Shown here: one piece after another, positions 62,740 through 64,000 of the stretch
Position numbering within the stretch: position 1 is the first letter of the stretch
How the letters are laid out: each line of letters begins with the position of its first letter
Translations under genes and position numbers: made by a program
Assembly: GCA_963727445.1 (NCBI GenBank)
Contig: CAVSGI010000009.1
Location: 736,001 to 800,000 of the forward strand
Reading direction: 5' to 3'
Length of the DNA stretch: 64,000 nt
Origin: an uncultured delta proteobacterium
Lineage (GTDB): Bacteria; Myxococcota_A; Polyangia; Polyangiales; B10-G4
The notes under the pieces: model-generated
What the model saw: only the letters and a program-made list of their open reading frames with translations
The model's database searches: none
Told to the model about the DNA's origin: nothing

Positions 62740-64000
62740 TCAGTGCAGCCCGTGCATCATCTTCTTCAGCATCGGCGAGAGCGCGAGGACGATGATGCCG
62801 GCGACGATGGGCGCGATCATCAGCACCAGGTAGAAATCCGCCTTTCCGCCGAGCCAGGAGAAGACCTCGCCAGCCTCGATTCGCGCCGAATAGGCGAAGA
62901 GCAGACCCGCCACCAGGTTGGAGATGGCGTTGCTCCCGAACCAGAGACCCATCATCGCGGCGCGAACCTTCACGGGGGCCAACTTGGTGACCATGGAGAG
63001 CCCCACGGGAGAAAGGCACAGCTCTCCCCAGGTGTGGAAGGTGTAGGCGAGGAGCAGCCAATAGGGGCCAGCGAGGCTTCCGTCTGCCACCTCGAGGCCC
63101 GCGATGACCATGAAGCCGAAGCCGAGCCCCAGCAGGATCAAGCCGAGGCCGAACTTCGTGGGTGTTCGCGGCTGTAAATGGCGTTTGTCGAGCCAGGTCC
63201 ACAGCCAGGCGAAGATCGGGGCGAAGATCACGATGACCGCCGGATTGACCGATTGGTACCAGGTCGCAGGGAACTCCATCCCGAAGAGGTGTCGGTCGGT
63301 GTTCTCCATGGCGAAGACGTTCATCGACGAACCAGCCTGCTCGAAGGCGGCCCAGAAGAAGATGACGAAGACCGCGAGGATCAGGATGACGCCGATGCGG
63401 TGCCAGTTGACCCGCGAAAGCGGCCGGTCGATGAGCTCACGCGCCTCGAACATGGCGCGCTCGTTGCTGCCGCAGTCGGGGCAGGGGACGCCCTCGGGGA
63501 GCTCGCCCAGGACCAGCTTGCAGTTGGCGCAGGCGAGCTCTTGGGGCTCGTTGTCCTTGTGATACTCCGCCGCTTCCTTCGGCGACAGGCCGATGCCCTG
63601 AAGATAGCGGGGCCGCAGCACCTGATAGACGAAGAGGCCGAGCACCATGCCCACGCCGGCCGAGCCGAAGCCCCAGTGCCAGCCGACCTTCTCGCCGAGG
63701 GTGCCCGCGATCACGCCGCTCAAGAAGGCGCCGACGTTGATCCCCATGTAGAAGATGGTGAAGCCGGAGTCGCGCCGGGGGTCGGCTTCGCTATAGAGCT
63801 GCCCCACCATCACCGAGACGCAGGGCTTGAAGAACCCGGTGCCGAGGATGATCAAGAGGAGGCCCAGGACGAAGATGCCGGTGGCGCTGTCGCCCTTGCC
63901 GAAGACCTCGGTGAACGCCAGCGTGAAGTGACCGGCGGCGATGATCCAGCCGCCGATCACCATCGAACGGTGGGTACCGAGGAGCTTGTCGGCGAGCCAC
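62740..64000 (-). CDS. Proton-dependent oligopeptide transporter (POT/PTR), N-terminus beyond window, with inserted CxxC...CxxC
   Basis: WLADKLLG, GTGFFKP, RDSGFTIFYMGINVG, FWAAFEQAGSS, QSVNP, GELCLSPVGLS. Confidence 0.95.
   Translation of the reverse strand, partial: WLADKLLGTHRSMVIGGWIIAAGHFTLAFTEVFGKGDSATGIFVLGLLLIILGTGFFKPCVSVMVGQLYSEADPRRDSGFTIFYMGINVGAFLSGVIAGTLGEKVGWHWGFGSAGVGMVLGLFVYQVLRPRYLQGIGLSPKEAAEYHKDNEPQELACANCKLVLGELPEGVPCPDCGSNERAMFEARELIDRPLSRVNWHRIGVILILAVFVIFFWAAFEQAGSSMNVFAMENTDRHLFGMEFPATWYQSVNPAVIVIFAPIFAWLWTWLDKRHLQPRTPTKFGLGLILLGLGFGFMVIAGLEVADGSLAGPYWLLLAYTFHTWGELCLSPVGLSMVTKLAPVKVRAAMMGLWFGSNAISNLVAGLLFAYSARIEAGEVFSWLGGKADFYLVLMIAPIVAGIIVLALSPMLKKMMHGLH

Overview
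GC-rich, gene-dense bacterial chromosome segment. A myxobacterial (Polyangiales/Sandaracinaceae-like) origin is inferred from four Hanks-type Ser/Thr kinases, a MYXO-CTERM-like anchor, many CGDD/GKAD-type lipoproteins and a TIGR04552-like gene. Housekeeping genes: lon (partial), lrp-gltB-gltD, fadI-fadJ, moaA, two MFS transporters and a partial POT transporter. Accessory content is mostly exported proteins and phosphoesterases. I found no rRNA, tRNA, CRISPR array or transposase. Six genes carry frameshifts (five resolve as a single extra base), most likely sequencing/assembly errors. Best leads: (1) a divergent pair of lipoprotein phosphoesterases (PLD-fold and EEP-fold), each ending in a CBM20-like glucan-binding domain; (2) a TIGR04552-like protein with RelA/SpoT synthetase-like motifs near gltBD and a GAF-EI(Ntr)-like protein lacking its phospho-His; (3) exported proteins almost free of lysine, with a retained GKxD motif; (4) a 19-bp palindrome shared by the lrp-gltBD and fadIJ upstream regions; (5) two structured intergenic tandem repeats (212 bp and 130 bp period); (6) a POT transporter with an inserted zinc ribbon. 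Family assignments come from motif recognition by eye, not database searches.
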